A DNA stretch of 64,000 nucleotides, taken from contig JASTWF010000324.1 of NCBI GenBank assembly GCA_030390025.1, forward strand, positions 124,001 through 188,000, given 5' to 3'. The position numbers and the translations under genes are program-made. The notes below the pieces were generated by a model that was given only the letters and a program-made list of their open reading frames with translations, made no database searches and had not been told where the DNA came from. Positions within the stretch are counted from its first letter, which is position 1, and each line of letters begins with the position of its first letter. The stretch comes from Squalus acanthias (Eukaryota). Below are positions 22,010-34,401 of the stretch, piece after piece.

Positions 22010-23354
22010 TTGCAGATACAGGTAGCGGGACTTCTGTATTCTATGCAGCTACAAAGTTGGCTCTAGGTGCTAACTTGTGTAGAAACACTGGGGCATCAGC
22101 ACCGAGTCCTGATGCTTTGCCCCCCCCCCCCAATCCCGATGCTGAGCCTGTCACTGCCAGACCACGCAGGCCGTTAGCAGCTGGTACAGCACGTGCTCTG
22201 CTCAGTGTGGTGTGTTTCAAAACGTGCTTTTATTTAAAATTGGAGTTTGAAATGTTTTGAGACCCAGTGAGAAAAGCACCTGTTGGGTGGCTTGTTCCGC
22301 GGTCAGGTCAGCAGGGACAGGATGTGCAGCAGAACTGGAGCAGGCGGGTGAGGGGGGCGTCTGCAGTATCGGTACTTGGATGGGTGCGGGAAACAAACCA
22401 TTGAGACTCAAGTGAGCAGGCAGAGGATAGAATGGTGCAGGATAACACACCAGTGACTCACCCTTCTGCAGTTCCCTTTATTAATTCAGATTTTTTTTTA
22501 TTATACGCGGAATAATGCTGCTGGGGGGTTTGTCTATTTGAATCTGGCGGTTTGGAAAGGGTAAAACATCCGATCGGTGAAGTTCACCAGCAAACGCTTA
22601 AAGCCTCCGCCTGATACTCTTGTGTGCCATTTCTGCATAAGCATTAACCTATTTAAGTAGCACGCGCAGGAATATATTACGGGCACTTTAAGCCTTTGCG
22701 TTTTGAATTTTGAAGCCCGGAAATGTTACCCTCAGCTGGCGTTGCTCATTGGCACGCCTTCTACATTGTCAGACCGGCCAGCTTCACATAGATTAACATC
22801 CCACTCCCCTCCCCTCCTTCCCAGCATTAAAACACAGATACTAAATTCGAAAATGGATTGTCCCGTCAGTGAGTGTGCTGCTTCTAGAGAGCCCCAGGAA
22901 CTGTACGCTGGGAAGGCTACAAGCCGGCCCAGGCTCGGCACTGGAAATCATTCTTATTTGGGGGGGGTGGGGGGGAGGTGGGGGGAGTTCAATGCACCCC
23001 CAATATTAACACCGGGGAGGCAGTTACGTCCTCCTGCTCCCTGCATCGGCACCGACGCAGTTGGCTACACAGCCATCCGCCAGTGCTAGTCCTTAAATCG
23101 CTTAGTAGTAGGCAATATACACGAGCAACATGGAGAACCCGCATGAGAGACACAAAGGGGTGATGTGGGAGTGGAAGACACTAGGCATGTACAGCACTGC
23201 TCAACTGAATAAATTGAATTTACTTTTACTAGAGCTTGCGGTCTTTCCTTCTTTCATTGCACAGAATCTTCTGAAGGGTCTTGTCCAGAAGCAAACCTCA
23301 TGGGGGTCATATTCACTTCTCTGGAAAAGACAAAATATGACTAATTGAATAGCA

Positions 23355-25410
23355 TAGAATTACATCAGAAGTACAGCACAGAAACAGGCCGTTTGGCCTG
23401 ACTGGCCTATACCGACATTTATACTCCACACGAGACTCCTCCCACCCCTCATCATCTCACCCTGTCACCATGTCCTTCTATTCCTTTCTCCCTCGTGTGT
23501 TTATCTAGTTTCCCCTTAAATGTATCTATTCTATTCGCTTCAACTACTCCCTGTGGTAGCGAGTTCCACATTCTCACCGCTCTCTGGGTAAAGAAGTTTC
23601 ACCTGAATTCCCGATTGGATTTATTAGTGACGATCTTATATTGATGGCCCCTAGTTCTGGTCTCCCCCACAAGTGGAAACATCTTCTCTACGTCTATCCT
23701 ATCAAACCCTTTCATAATTCTAAAGACCTCTATCAGGTCACCCCTCAGCCTTCTCTTTCCTAGAGAAAAGAGCCCAAGTTTGTTCAATTTTTTCTAATAA
23801 GTATAGCCTCTCAGTTCTGGTATCATCCTTGTAAATCTTGTTTTTTGCACCTTCTCCAGTGCCTCTCTATAATATGGAGACTAGAACTCTGCACAGTGCT
23901 CTATGTGTGATCTAACCAAGGTTCTGTACAAGTTTAACAGAACTTCTCTGCTTTTTAATTCTATTCCTCCAGAAATGAACCCAGTGTTTTGTTTACCTTT
24001 TTTATGGCCTTATTAACCTGTATTTCTACTTTTAGTGATTTATGTATCTGGACCCTAGATCCCCTTGCTCCTCTACCCCATTTAGACACTTATTTTCCAA
24101 GGAGTATGTGGCCTCTTTATTCTCCCTACCAAAATGCACCAGTACACATTTATCTATACAGCAGTTTGGTGGTTGTAAATATATCCAAAAATAATTAACA
24201 GTCCCCAATTGAAGAGCTTACTGAAAGAACTGGAACATAGCAACAGGAGGAGGCCATTCAGCCCCTTGGGCCAGTTCTGCCATTCAGTTGGATCATGGCT
24301 GATCTGTATCTTAACTCCATTTACTTGCCTTGGTTCCGTAACCCCTAATACCCGTGTCTAACAGAAAACTTAGCAATCTCAGTTTTGAAATTTTCAATTG
24401 ACCCCCAGCCTCAACAGCTTTTTGGGGGAGAGAGTTCCAGATTTCCACTACCCTTGTGTGAAGAAGTGCTTCCTGACATCACCCTGAACGGCCTGGCTCT
24501 AATTTGAAGGTTCTGCCCCCCTTGTTCTTGACTCCCCCCACCAGAGGAAATAGTTTCTCTCTCTCTACCCTATCAAATCCTTTAATCATCTTAAACACCT
24601 CGATTAGATCACCCCTTCATCTTCTAAACTCAAGGGAACACAAGCCCAGTCTATGCAACTTGTCCTCATAATTCAACCCTTTTAGCCCCGGTATCATTCT
24701 GAACAGGAGAATCATGATCCTAAATCCATCTGTCTTATTTATATATCTATATCTCACATATTAAAAATGATTTATCTGTGCATGTTCTCTGTCAGTCGCA
24801 CTACATGTGCCAGATTCTGGTGCCACACTTTGTAGATGTGACTCAAACTGAAACAGCAGCAAATCAGGGCTGAGAAGGCAGACAAACTACAAATCAAAAC
24901 CAGCCGGGAAACTATCAATGAGAAACTACAAAGGACTTAGGTAAAAACTAATAGAGAATCTCACAGCACAGAAGGAGGCCATTCGACCCATCGTGCCTGT
25001 GCCGGCTCTTTGAAAGAGCTCTCCAATTAGTCCCAGTCCCCAGCTCTTTCCCCAGAGCCCAGCAAATTTTTCTTTTTCTAGTATTTATCCAATTCCCTTT
25101 TGAAAGTTACTATTGAATCTGCTTCCACCGCCCTTTCAGGCAGCACATTCCAGATCACAACAACTCGCTGAGTTAAAAAAAATTCTCCTCATGTCACCTC
25201 TGGTTCTTTTGCCAATCACCTTCAATCTGTGTCCTCTGGTTACCGACCCTCCTGCCAGTGGAAACAGTTTCTCCTTATCTACTCTATCAAAACCCTTCAT
25301 GATTTTGAACACATTCTATCAAATCTCCCCTTAACCTTCTCTGCTCTAAGGAGAACCACCCCAGCTTCCAGTCTGTCCACATCACTGATGTCCCTCATCC
25401 CTGGGACTAT
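23355..25410 (-). mobile_element. Cluster of three CR1 3' fragments (~23355-24160, 24230-24700, 24955-25410)
   Basis: LGLFSL.KRRLRGDLIEVF...TRTRGH motifs and CR1 3' UTRs on the minus strand. Confidence 0.85.
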
Positions 25411-25819
25411 TTTCAAGTGAAGGGTAAAGGGTTGAGTTAGTGGGGATGGAGGAAGGAATGGAGTGCTGGAATCAGTGACTGGGAGGGGGCAGCGTAAGCG
25501 GGGTCAGGGGTTGACTCGATGGGTTTCTGGGGGAGAACGGGCTGAGGTATGTTGGGGTGGATAGGTGCTATATCATGAAAGGGGTTGGGCTGGATGGGTT
25601 TCTGGTCTGTGAATGGCACAGTGCCGGAAGCATGCTGACTCACCCAGTTCTCTCCAGTGTATCTCAGTAAATGGCCTGCAGTCTGATTAATCATTCACTG
25701 CGTGGCACTGAACATCAAACCCACTTAACCTAATCAGCAGAGACCAGAGAATCCCAGCAACCAGAGAGCAGGATCAATCAGTCCTTCAACATACTGAGAA
25801 TTAGATGGGAATTATCAGC

Positions 25820-26330
25820 AATGGGAAGGGGTTTGGTCCATTGGGATTGTGTACAGTGGGAGTAATTGGGAAGGGGTTTGGTCCATTGTGATTGTGTACA
25901 GTGGGAGTGAATGGGAAGGGGTTTGGTCCATTGGGATTGTGTACAGTGGGAGTGAATGGGAAGGGGTTTGGTCCATTGGGATTGTGTACAAGTGGGAGTG
26001 AATGGGAAGGGGTTTGGTGCCTTGGGATTGTGTACAGTGGGAGTGAATGGGAAGGGGTTTGGTATTTGGGATTGTACAGTGGGAGTGATTAGGAAGGGGT
26101 TTGATCCACTGGGATTGTGTACAGTGGGTGTGATTGGGAAGGAGTTTGGTATTTGGGATTGTGTACAGTGGGAGTGATTGAGAAGGGATTTGGTCCACTG
26201 GGATTGTGTACAATGGGAGTGAATGGGAAGGGGTTTGGGTCCACTGGGATTGTGTACAGTGGGAGAGAATGGGAAGGCGTTTGGTCCATTGGGATTGTGT
26301 ACAGTGGGAGTGATTGGGAAGGGGTTTGAT
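25820..26330. repeat. 45-bp minisatellite, short diverged array (~11 units)
   Basis: Same unit as 52896-58738. Confidence 0.93.
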
Positions 26331-26539
26331 CGGTGAAAATGAAACAGCGGAGAGGAGAATAATCCCATTAGAGCAAACCGGAGAGGAATGATGTGTGGGA
26401 TTGGGTCAGAGGTCATTACAGTCAAGTGATACACTGTCTAACATTAGAGAAAATTAGTCCAACACCGGCATCTCCGCATCATAACATTAGAGAAACAGCA
26501 TTTGAAGAGGGGCAGGACCAAGGGACGGGGGAACTTGCG

Positions 26540-26692
26540 GACTCACACTCGCTCACACACCCTCGTTCACACACTTGCTCACACACCCACATCCACACAC
26601 TCACACTCTCTCACACACCCTCGCTCACCCACTCACTCACACACTTGCTCACACACTCACTCACACACCCACACTCACTCACACACTCACAG
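26540..26692. repeat. CA/CT compound microsatellite
   Basis: Degenerate (CACT/CA)n. Confidence 0.9.
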
Positions 26693-26964
26693 TGGAAACA
26701 GTTTCTCCCAATCTACTCTATCAAAACGCCAATATTAAATCTTCCCTTAACCTTCTCTGCTCTAAGGAAAATCCTTATTGTCCGGTCAGGAGAACCTACC
26801 ATTAATAAAAAAGGAGAACGTTAATCAATAAAATCACTCAAAATACTTCATGAAAATGTTTTTTGTGCACTATTTTAGTGCCTTAGCTGACTACGGGTTC
26901 AAAATAAGACGTCTACCATAATATTAAAATATTTAAAATTTCATGACAACATGTTTAAACTAAA

Positions 26965-27198
26965 ATAAAAGCAGAAAATGGTGGCAATACTCAGCAGGTC
27001 AGGCAGCATCTGTGGAGAGTGAAACCGAACTAACGTTTCAGGTCACTGACCCTTCGTCAGGGTTCTGAGTTCTGACCAAAGGTCATTGACCTGAAACGTT
27101 GACTCTGTTTCTCTCTCCACAGATGCTGCCTGACCTGCTGAGTATTGCCAGCATTTTCTGTTGTTATTTCAGATTTCCAGTGTTTTGCTTTTGCATTA
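26965..27198. mobile_element. Palindromic Penelope-like pLTR remnant with two hammerhead motifs
   Basis: 14-bp TSD ATGTTTAAACTAAA (26951-26964, 27199-27212); ~100-bp inverted arms; minus strand CUGACGA-AGGGUCAGUGACCU-GAAACGUU, plus strand CUGACCA...GAAACGUU. Confidence 0.8.
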
Positions 27199-27890
27199 AT
27201 GTTTAAACTAAACTTGTCTTTTGTGTGCCATCGTTCAGGTTTTGACTTTTCGGCCTCAGCTTCTCTTCAAAGCCTCAGCTTGAAGATGATGGGTTACCCA
27301 AAATTCTATTGGCTGATGGCAGTTACCATGACTGCAACTTTTCAGATGCCTTAGTCTGAGTGTGCAGTTTCTAATCATGCCTCAGCATAATTTTCAGTGT
27401 ATAACTTGAAGCTTTTGCCACTTAATGTTTCAGCAAACTTTTTTTCAGTTTCTTTGTTTTTCCAAATGATTTGAAAGCAGGCTGGCGACTGAATCTTATG
27501 ATGCTTTTTGAAGTAAAGTTTCAGATCTGACCATGATCAAATGCTCTATTTCACTTCGCAGAGCAAGCCATGCTCAGAGAGAGAGAGAGGAGTGATTTTT
27601 ACCATCTGTTTATACCAAAAAATTGTAAACAATGATTATTTACTGAAATTGTATTTTTCTCAGTTTCTCAAAGTTGAAGGGTTTTCTTCCAGCTACAGCA
27701 CTGTTTGAGTTTGTTTTTCCAAATAATTTGAAAAGAAGCTGGTGGGTGAATGATTTATTTATTATGAACCAGACTTTGTTCCACACACGATTGTATCTGG
27801 AGTTTGTTCTGAAGAAGTTGAGACCCTGTTAATCCAAGGCTGTACACGTGTGTTTGCATTTGATGCCTGAACTAACATGCCTTTTGTCAG

Positions 27891-28057
27891 TGGAGAGATC
27901 GAGAGCCCAGCAGTTTCCTACCAGCAAGTTGGGTCTGGCCAAGCGCCCTCTCAACCCACAAAGAGGAAATGTGCAGAAAATCGGCTTTTCATCGGAATTA
28001 AGGAGTCACAGAATGAAGGCCATTTTTTCCCCCAAGTACAGACTGCTTTCTGTGTAA
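27891..28057 (+). CDS. Possible terminal exon 4 of the Myb/SANT-like gene
   Basis: Acceptor CTTTTGTCAG; phase-1 compatible with donor G/GTTAGT at 22004/22005; basic peptide ERSRAQQFPTSKLGLAKRPLNPQRG...; AATAAA at ~28186. Speculative. Confidence 0.3.
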
Positions 28058-28639
28058 AAACGATTAAATATCTTCAAACAGATCTTTACACATTTAGTAT
28101 GTGATGTGGAATTTTTCTCTTTAGGAAAAGGTCATATTTCTGGAGTTTATAACATCTTGCTCTATAAAGCAGGAAATTAGTGCTTAATAAAAATATTAAG
28201 CTGTTGCAGTTTAGTGACTGTAAAAGTGAGAGTAGGTTATTCAGGCTTTGTAACATTTAAGGCATGGGGTGTCCAGATCAATCCAGTGTCACCTTCCTAA
28301 TGGGGGTTAGAATTAGCCCCCACTGATTGTTTTTAATCTAAACAAACTATAGTGGGAGTGACTACAGCACTGCACATACCCAGAGCTGAGACTGGATGTT
28401 TCTCTGTAAAGTTCAGACCGCTAGAGATATTTTGGGGCCGATTTTTATTGGGGCCAGGTTTCGTGCGTGTGGGGGCAGAAACAGACAATGAACCATCCAG
28501 CCCCCTCACCCTCATCCCCCCCCAGAGCATGATGTCTGGGAGATTTTAACTCCCGGGCCTCATTAACATATTCCGACGAAAGCCAATGAGTGTGGCATTG
28601 GCTACTTCAAAAAACAGGGATTTTCACAACATCTAAAAA

Positions 28640-28992
28640 CCCCACTCCAAAGACTTGAGCACATAATCTAGGCTGGCACTTCAGTGCAGAACTGAGGGAG
28701 CACTGCACTGTTGGAGGTGCCGTCTTTCAGATGAGACGTTAAACCGAAGCCCCGTCTGCTCTCAGGTTCTCCTGGTGTCCTGGCCAACATTTATCCCTCA
28801 ACCAACATCTAAAAAACAGATAATCTGATTGTTTATCTCATTGCTGTTTGTGAGTGCTTGCTGTGTGCAAAATGGCTGCCACATTTCCTACATTATAATG
28901 GTGAAAACACTTCAGAAGTACTTCATTGACTGTAAAGTGCTTTGGGATGTCCTGAAATCGTCAAGGCTCTATATAAATGCAAGTCTTTTTTT
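28640..28992 (+). mobile_element. DeuSINE, internally deleted
   Basis: Core CTGAGGGAGCACTGCACTGTTGGAGGTGCCGTCTTTCAGATGAGACGTTAAACCG and tail ATAAATGCAAGTC. Confidence 0.8.
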
Positions 28993-29003
28993 TCCACCAA
29001 AGG

Positions 29004-29332
29004 CGGTATGTTGGCTACATCAAGGATTACGATGGGCAATGTTGATGGAAGGTAAACTTAATCCCACAGTTCCTTACACAGAACTCTCACATATTATCAA
29101 GAAGCAAAAAGTGATTCTGAAGAAACTAATTGAGCGAAAGAAAGCATGGATCCAAAAGATTTACCCAATCCTTACCTGTTTTAAGGAGTGAGTTTACCAA
29201 ATCCTGATAGAGTATATAACTGGAATTGAGGAAACTACTGGAAAAGAGAAAGAATTGAAGGGCCCAGATCAGCTATACAACACTTAGAAAATTGTACTGG
29301 CACAAGTCAAGAGCCATGTTAGCACGTGGCCC
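29004..29332 (+). pseudogene. KAT2A: Processed pseudogene fragment of KAT2A/GCN5 (end of HAT domain to start of bromodomain)
   Basis: GYIKDYDG(frameshift)AMLMEGKLNPTVPYTELSHIIKKQKVILKKLIERK...CFKE*V...GKEKELKGPDQLYNT*K..LAQVKSHVSTWP; TELSHII matches recalled KAT2A rather than KAT2B (TEFSVII); stops, frameshift, no introns. Confidence 0.88.
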
Positions 29333-29469
29333 GTCACCGACTCCATCCCTCTCCCTGGCCACTGTCTGAGGCTGAAGCAGACCGTTTGCAACCTTGTCGT
29401 GCTATTTGACCCCGAGCTGAGCTGATTTTCAAAGCGAAATTGGATGGTTTTTTTGAGTTCGGCTTCAGC

Positions 29470-32400
29470 TATTGACTAGTGATAATGGGGGACTTCAACT
29501 ATCCTAATATAGACTGGGATAGTAATAGTGTAAAGGGCAGAGAGGGGGAAGAATTTCTGAAGTGTGTTCAGGAGAACTTTCTTGATTAGTACGTTTCCGA
29601 CCCAATGAGGGAGGAGGCATTGCTGCATCTGGGTCTGGGGAATGGGGTGGGTCAAGTGGAGCAAGTAGGGGATCATTTAGGGAACAGTGATCATAGTATC
29701 ATAAGGTTTAGATTAGCTATGGAAAAAGACGGAGCATTCTAGAGTAAAAATACTTAATTTTGGAGGACGGGCAATTTCAGTGGATTGAGAATGGATCTGG
29801 CCTGGGTAAATTGGAATCAAACATTGGCAGGCAAAACTAATTGAACAATGGGCTGCCTTTAAAGAGGAGATGGTTCGGGTACAGTCGAGGTACATTTCCA
29901 CAACGGGTTAAAGGTAGGGCAAACAAAGTCAGAGCTCCCTGGATGATGAAAGAGATAGAGAGTAAGATGAAGCAGAAAAAGGGGGCGTATGACAGATGTC
30001 GGGTTGAGAATACAAGTGAGAACCAGGCTGAATATAGAAAGTTCAGAGGGGAAGTGAAAAAGGAAATAAGAGTGGCAAAGAGAGTATGAGAATACGTTGG
30101 CAACTAACATAAAAGGGAATCCAAAAGTCTTCTATAGGCATATAAATAATAAACGGGTAGTAAGAGGAGGGGGTGGGGCTGATTAGGGACCAAAATGGAG
30201 ACCTACGCATGGAGGTAGAGGGCATAGCTGAGGTACTAAATGAGTACTTTGCATCTCTCTTCACCAGGGAAGAAGATGCTGCCAAAGTCATAGTGAAAGA
30301 GGAGGTAGTTGAGATACTGGATGGGATAAAAATTGATAAAGAGAAGTACTAGAAAGGCTGGCTGTATTTTAAGTAGATAAGTCACCAGGACCGGATGGGA
30401 TGCATCCTAGGATGCTGAGGGAAGTAAAAATGGAAATTGCGGAGGTACTGGCCATAATCATCCAATCATCCTTAGATACTGGGGTGGTGCCAGAGGACTG
30501 GAGAATTGCAAATGTTACACCCTTGTTCAAAAAAAGGGTGTAAGGATCAACCCAGCAACTACAGGCCAGTCAGTTTAACCTCGGTAGTGGACAAAATTAA
30601 CAGTCACTTGGACAAGTGCGGATTACAAGGAAAGGAAGCACGGATTTGTTAAAGGCCAATCGTGTTTAACTAACTTGATGAGGTAACAGAGAGGGTTGAT
30701 GAGGGCAATGCAGTTGATGAGGTGTGCATGGACTTCCAAAAGGTGTTTGATAAAGTGCCACATAATAACTTTACATATACAGCAAAGTTGAAGCCCATGG
30801 AATAAAAGGGGCAATGGCAGCATGTATACGAAATTGGCTAAGTGACAGGAAACAGAGAGTAGTGGTGAATGGTTGTTTATCGGACTGGAGGAAGGTACAC
30901 AGTGGTGTTGCCCAGGGGTTGGTACCAGGACCACTGCTTTTCTTGATATATATTAATGACTGGGTGAAGGCGATTGAGGAGGATTCTTGCGATGACCAGT
31001 GGCTGAAGAGCTCCTCCCAGAGTCGCAATGCGGATTCCGCCCACTAAGGGGGACAATGGACATGATCTTCACCGCGCGTCAACTACAAGAGAAATGCAGG
31101 GAACAGCACCAACCGCTGTACATGGCCTTCTTTGACCTCACAAAGGCCTTCGACACCGTCAACCGTTAGGGATTATGGAGTGTCCTCCTCAAATTCGGCT
31201 GCCCTCAAAAGTTTGTCACCATCCTCCGCCTCCTTCACGACGACATGCAAGCCGTGATCCTGACCAACGGATCCAGCACAAACCCAATTCACGTACGGAC
31301 CGGGGTCAAGCAAGGCTGTGTCATCGCACCAACGCTCTTCTCGATTTTCCTGGCTGCAATGCTCCATCTCACCCTCAGTAAGCTCCCCGCTGGAGTGGAG
31401 CTAATCTACAGAACAAACGGGAAACTGTTCAACCTCCGTCACCTCCAGTCCAGATCCAAGGTCGTCCCATCCTCTGTCATCGAATTACAGTATGCAGACG
31501 ACGCTTGCGTCTGCGCACACTCTGAGGTCGAACTCCAAACCATTGTCAACACGTTCACCGAAGTGTACGAGAGCATAAACATCCGTAAGACAAAGGTCCT
31601 CTACCACCCTGCCCCCGCCACACAGTACTGCTCCCCGATTATCAAAATCCATGACGAGGCCTTGGACAACGTGGACCACTTTCCATACCTCAGGAGCCTA
31701 CTGCCAACAAGGGCAGACGTCGATGATGAAGTCCAACACCGCCTTCAGTGTGCCAGTGCAGCCTTCGGTCACCTGAGGAAGAGAGTGTTTGAAGACCAGG
31801 ACCTCAAACCGAGCACCAAGCTCTTGGTCTACAGAGCAGTAGTGATACCCGCCCTCCTGTTTGCTTCAGAGACATGGACCATGTACGGCAGGCACCTCAA
31901 AGCACTGGAGAGGTACCACCAACACTGCCTCCGCAAGATCCTGCCAATCCATTGGCAGGATAGGCGCACCAGCGTCAGTATTCTCGCTCAGGCCAACATC
32001 CCCAGCATCGAAGCTTTGACCACGCTCGATCAGCTCCGATGGACGGGCCACATTGTCCACATGCCCGATACGAGACTCCCAAAACAAGCGCTCTACTCGG
32101 AGCTCCGACACAGCAAGAGAGCCCCAGGTGGGCAGAAGAAATGCTTCAAGGACACCCTCAAAGCCTCCTTGAAAAAGTGCAACATCCCCACCGACACCTG
32201 GGAATCCCTGGCCCAAGACCTGCACAAAGTGGAAGAGAAGCATCCGGGAAGGCGCCGAACACCTCAAGTCTCTTCGCCGGGAGCAAGCAGAAGCCAAGCA
32301 CAAACAGCGGAAGGAGCGCACGTCAACCCAAGCACCCTACCACCCGCCCCTTCAATCACCGTCTGCCCCACCTGTGACAGAGACTGTAGGTCCCACATTG

Positions 32401-33445
32401 GACTCACCAGTCACCTGAGAACTAATTTTTAGTGTGGAAGCAAGTCATCCTCGGTTCCGAGGGACTGCCTAAGAAGAAGAAGAAGAAGATATTAATGACT
32501 GGAACTTGGGTGTACAGTGCACAATTTCAAAATTTGCAGATGACACAAAACTTGGAAGTATAGTGAACAGTGAGGAGGATAGTGATAGACTTCAAGAGGA
32601 CATAGGCTAGTGGAATGGGCGGACACGTGGCAGATGAAATTTAACGCAGAAAATTGCGAAGTGATACATTTTGGTAGGAAGAACGAGGAGAGGACATATA
32701 AACTAAAGGGTACAATTCTAAAGGGGGTGCATAAACAGAGAGACCTGGGGCCCCTGGGGGTATATGCACAAATCATTGAAGGTACTAGGGCAGGATGAGA
32801 AACCGGTTAAAAAAGCATACTGGGCTTTATAAATAGAGGTATAGAGTACAAAAGCAAGGAAGTTATGATGAGCCTTTTATAAAATACTGGTTCGGCCTCA
32901 ACTGGAGTATTGTGTCCAATTCTGGGCACTGCACTTTAGAAGGATGTGAAGGCCTCAGAGAGGGTACAGAAAAGATTTACAAGAATGGTTCCAGGGATGA
33001 GGAACTTCCATTACATGGATAGACTGGAGAAGCTGGGGTTCTCCTTGGAGCAGAGACGGTTGAGAGGAGATTTGATAGAGGTGTTCAAAATCATGAGAGG
33101 TCCAGACAAAGTAGATAGAGCGAAACTGTTCCCATTGGCGGAAGGGTCGAAAACCAGAGGACACAGATTTAAGGTGATTGGCAGAAGAACCAAAGGCGAC
33201 ATGAGGAAAAACTTTAACGCAGCGAGTGGTTAGGATCTGGAATGCACTGCCTGAAAGGGTGGTGGAGGCAGATTCAATCATGGCTTTCAAAAGGGAGTTA
33301 GCTAAGTACCTGAAGGAAAAAAAAATGGCAGGTCTACAGGGAAAGGGCGGGGGAGTGGGACTAGCTGAAGTGCTCTTGCAGAGAGCCTGGCACAGGCTCA
33401 ACGGGCTGAATGGCCTCCTGTGCTGTAACCATTCTATGATTAAAA
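29470..33445 (+). mobile_element. Long decayed CR1 LINE (endonuclease to 3' UTR) split by an RTE insertion
   Basis: MGDFNYPNIDW, KSPGPDGMHPRML, NYRPVSLTS, WLSDRKQRVVVNG, then after the insertion ISKFADDTK and RRLRGDLIEVFKIM. Confidence 0.92.
30964..32488 (+). mobile_element. RTE-clade LINE, 5'-truncated with short 5' inversion
   Basis: 14-bp TSD ATATTAATGACTGG (30950-30963, 32489-32502); LPESQCGFR, FDLTKAFDTV, GVKQGCVIAP, LQYADD, C-terminal CPTC..HLRT; (AAG)n tail; stop at ~31167. Confidence 0.93.
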
Positions 33446-33957
33446 TTCCTGAGGACCATGGCATTATAACTCCACAGGAACATTGCACTGTACAGGGATG
33501 AAATTCAAAAAAGTTTAAGTCAATCTACTGTGTTAAATGTTACAATTATTATTAAATAAATTTTGGGAAAAATTTAAATAAATATTGGGGAAAAATTTTG
33601 TTCGCTGCCTGTGACGTTTCCCAGCTCTAACTCTTGTTCTCTGATCTTTGCTGACTTCATGTTGCTTTGTTGATCTTGCCAATCTCCCTGATCTCAGACC
33701 TTTGCTGCAACTCACCATCTTTTCTCTGATCTTCGAGCAAGTGTTTTTGCTGTTCCTACAGATGCTTCTCCTGCCCACTGACCCAAACTCCTTTGATTCC
33801 TGTATAATTCTGCATCCCCCTCATTAACAAAATAGAAAAGATTTCTGAGGCTGTACCCCAGGCCACACTACTGATAGTCTCTCCCTCTAGATCCTATGTA
33901 ACCAGGAGAAGCATGGCCTCCCATGGACCCCTCTGTCTATAGTCCCCGGGCCTCCAA

Positions 33958-34400
33958 GGTGTCAGCCGTGGCTCAGTCGGTCGCTCGCTCTCTCTCGCCT
34001 CTGAGTAAGAAGGTTGTGGGTTGAATTCCCACTCCAGAGACTCGAGCACAAAATCCAGGCCGACACTCCCGGTGCAGTACTGAGTGAGAGCTACTCTGTC
34101 GGAGGTGCCGTCTTTCAGATGAAACGTCCTCTCAGTGGACGTAAAAGATCCCATGGCAACTATTCGAAGAAGAGATGGGAAGTTTTTCCTGTGTCCTGGC
34201 CAATATTTATCGCTCAACCAACATCACTAAAACAGATGATCTGGTCATTATCACATTGCTGTTTGTGGGAGCTTGCTGTGCGCAAACGCTGCCGCACTTC
34301 CTACATTACAACAGTGACTACACTTCAAAATACTTGCCTATAAAGCGCTTTGGATGTCCTGAGGTTGTGAAAGGCGCTATAGAAATGCAAGTCTTTCTTT
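33958..34400 (+). mobile_element. Near full-length tRNA-derived DeuSINE (SacSINE1-like)
   Basis: A-box TGGCTCAGTCGG, B-box GGTTGAATTCC, Deu-like core, tail ATAGAAATGCAAGTCTTTC. Confidence 0.85.
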
Positions 34401-34401
34401 T

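Noticed and set aside
22050..23100. Remnant transposase or TIR belonging to the Myb/SANT gene
   Set aside because: No DDE motifs or matching terminal repeats recognised; at most a decayed MITE-like patch that I could not delimit
33958..34040. tRNA gene
   Set aside because: A/B boxes are the head of a SINE; no cloverleaf or terminator. Same for 44620-44689
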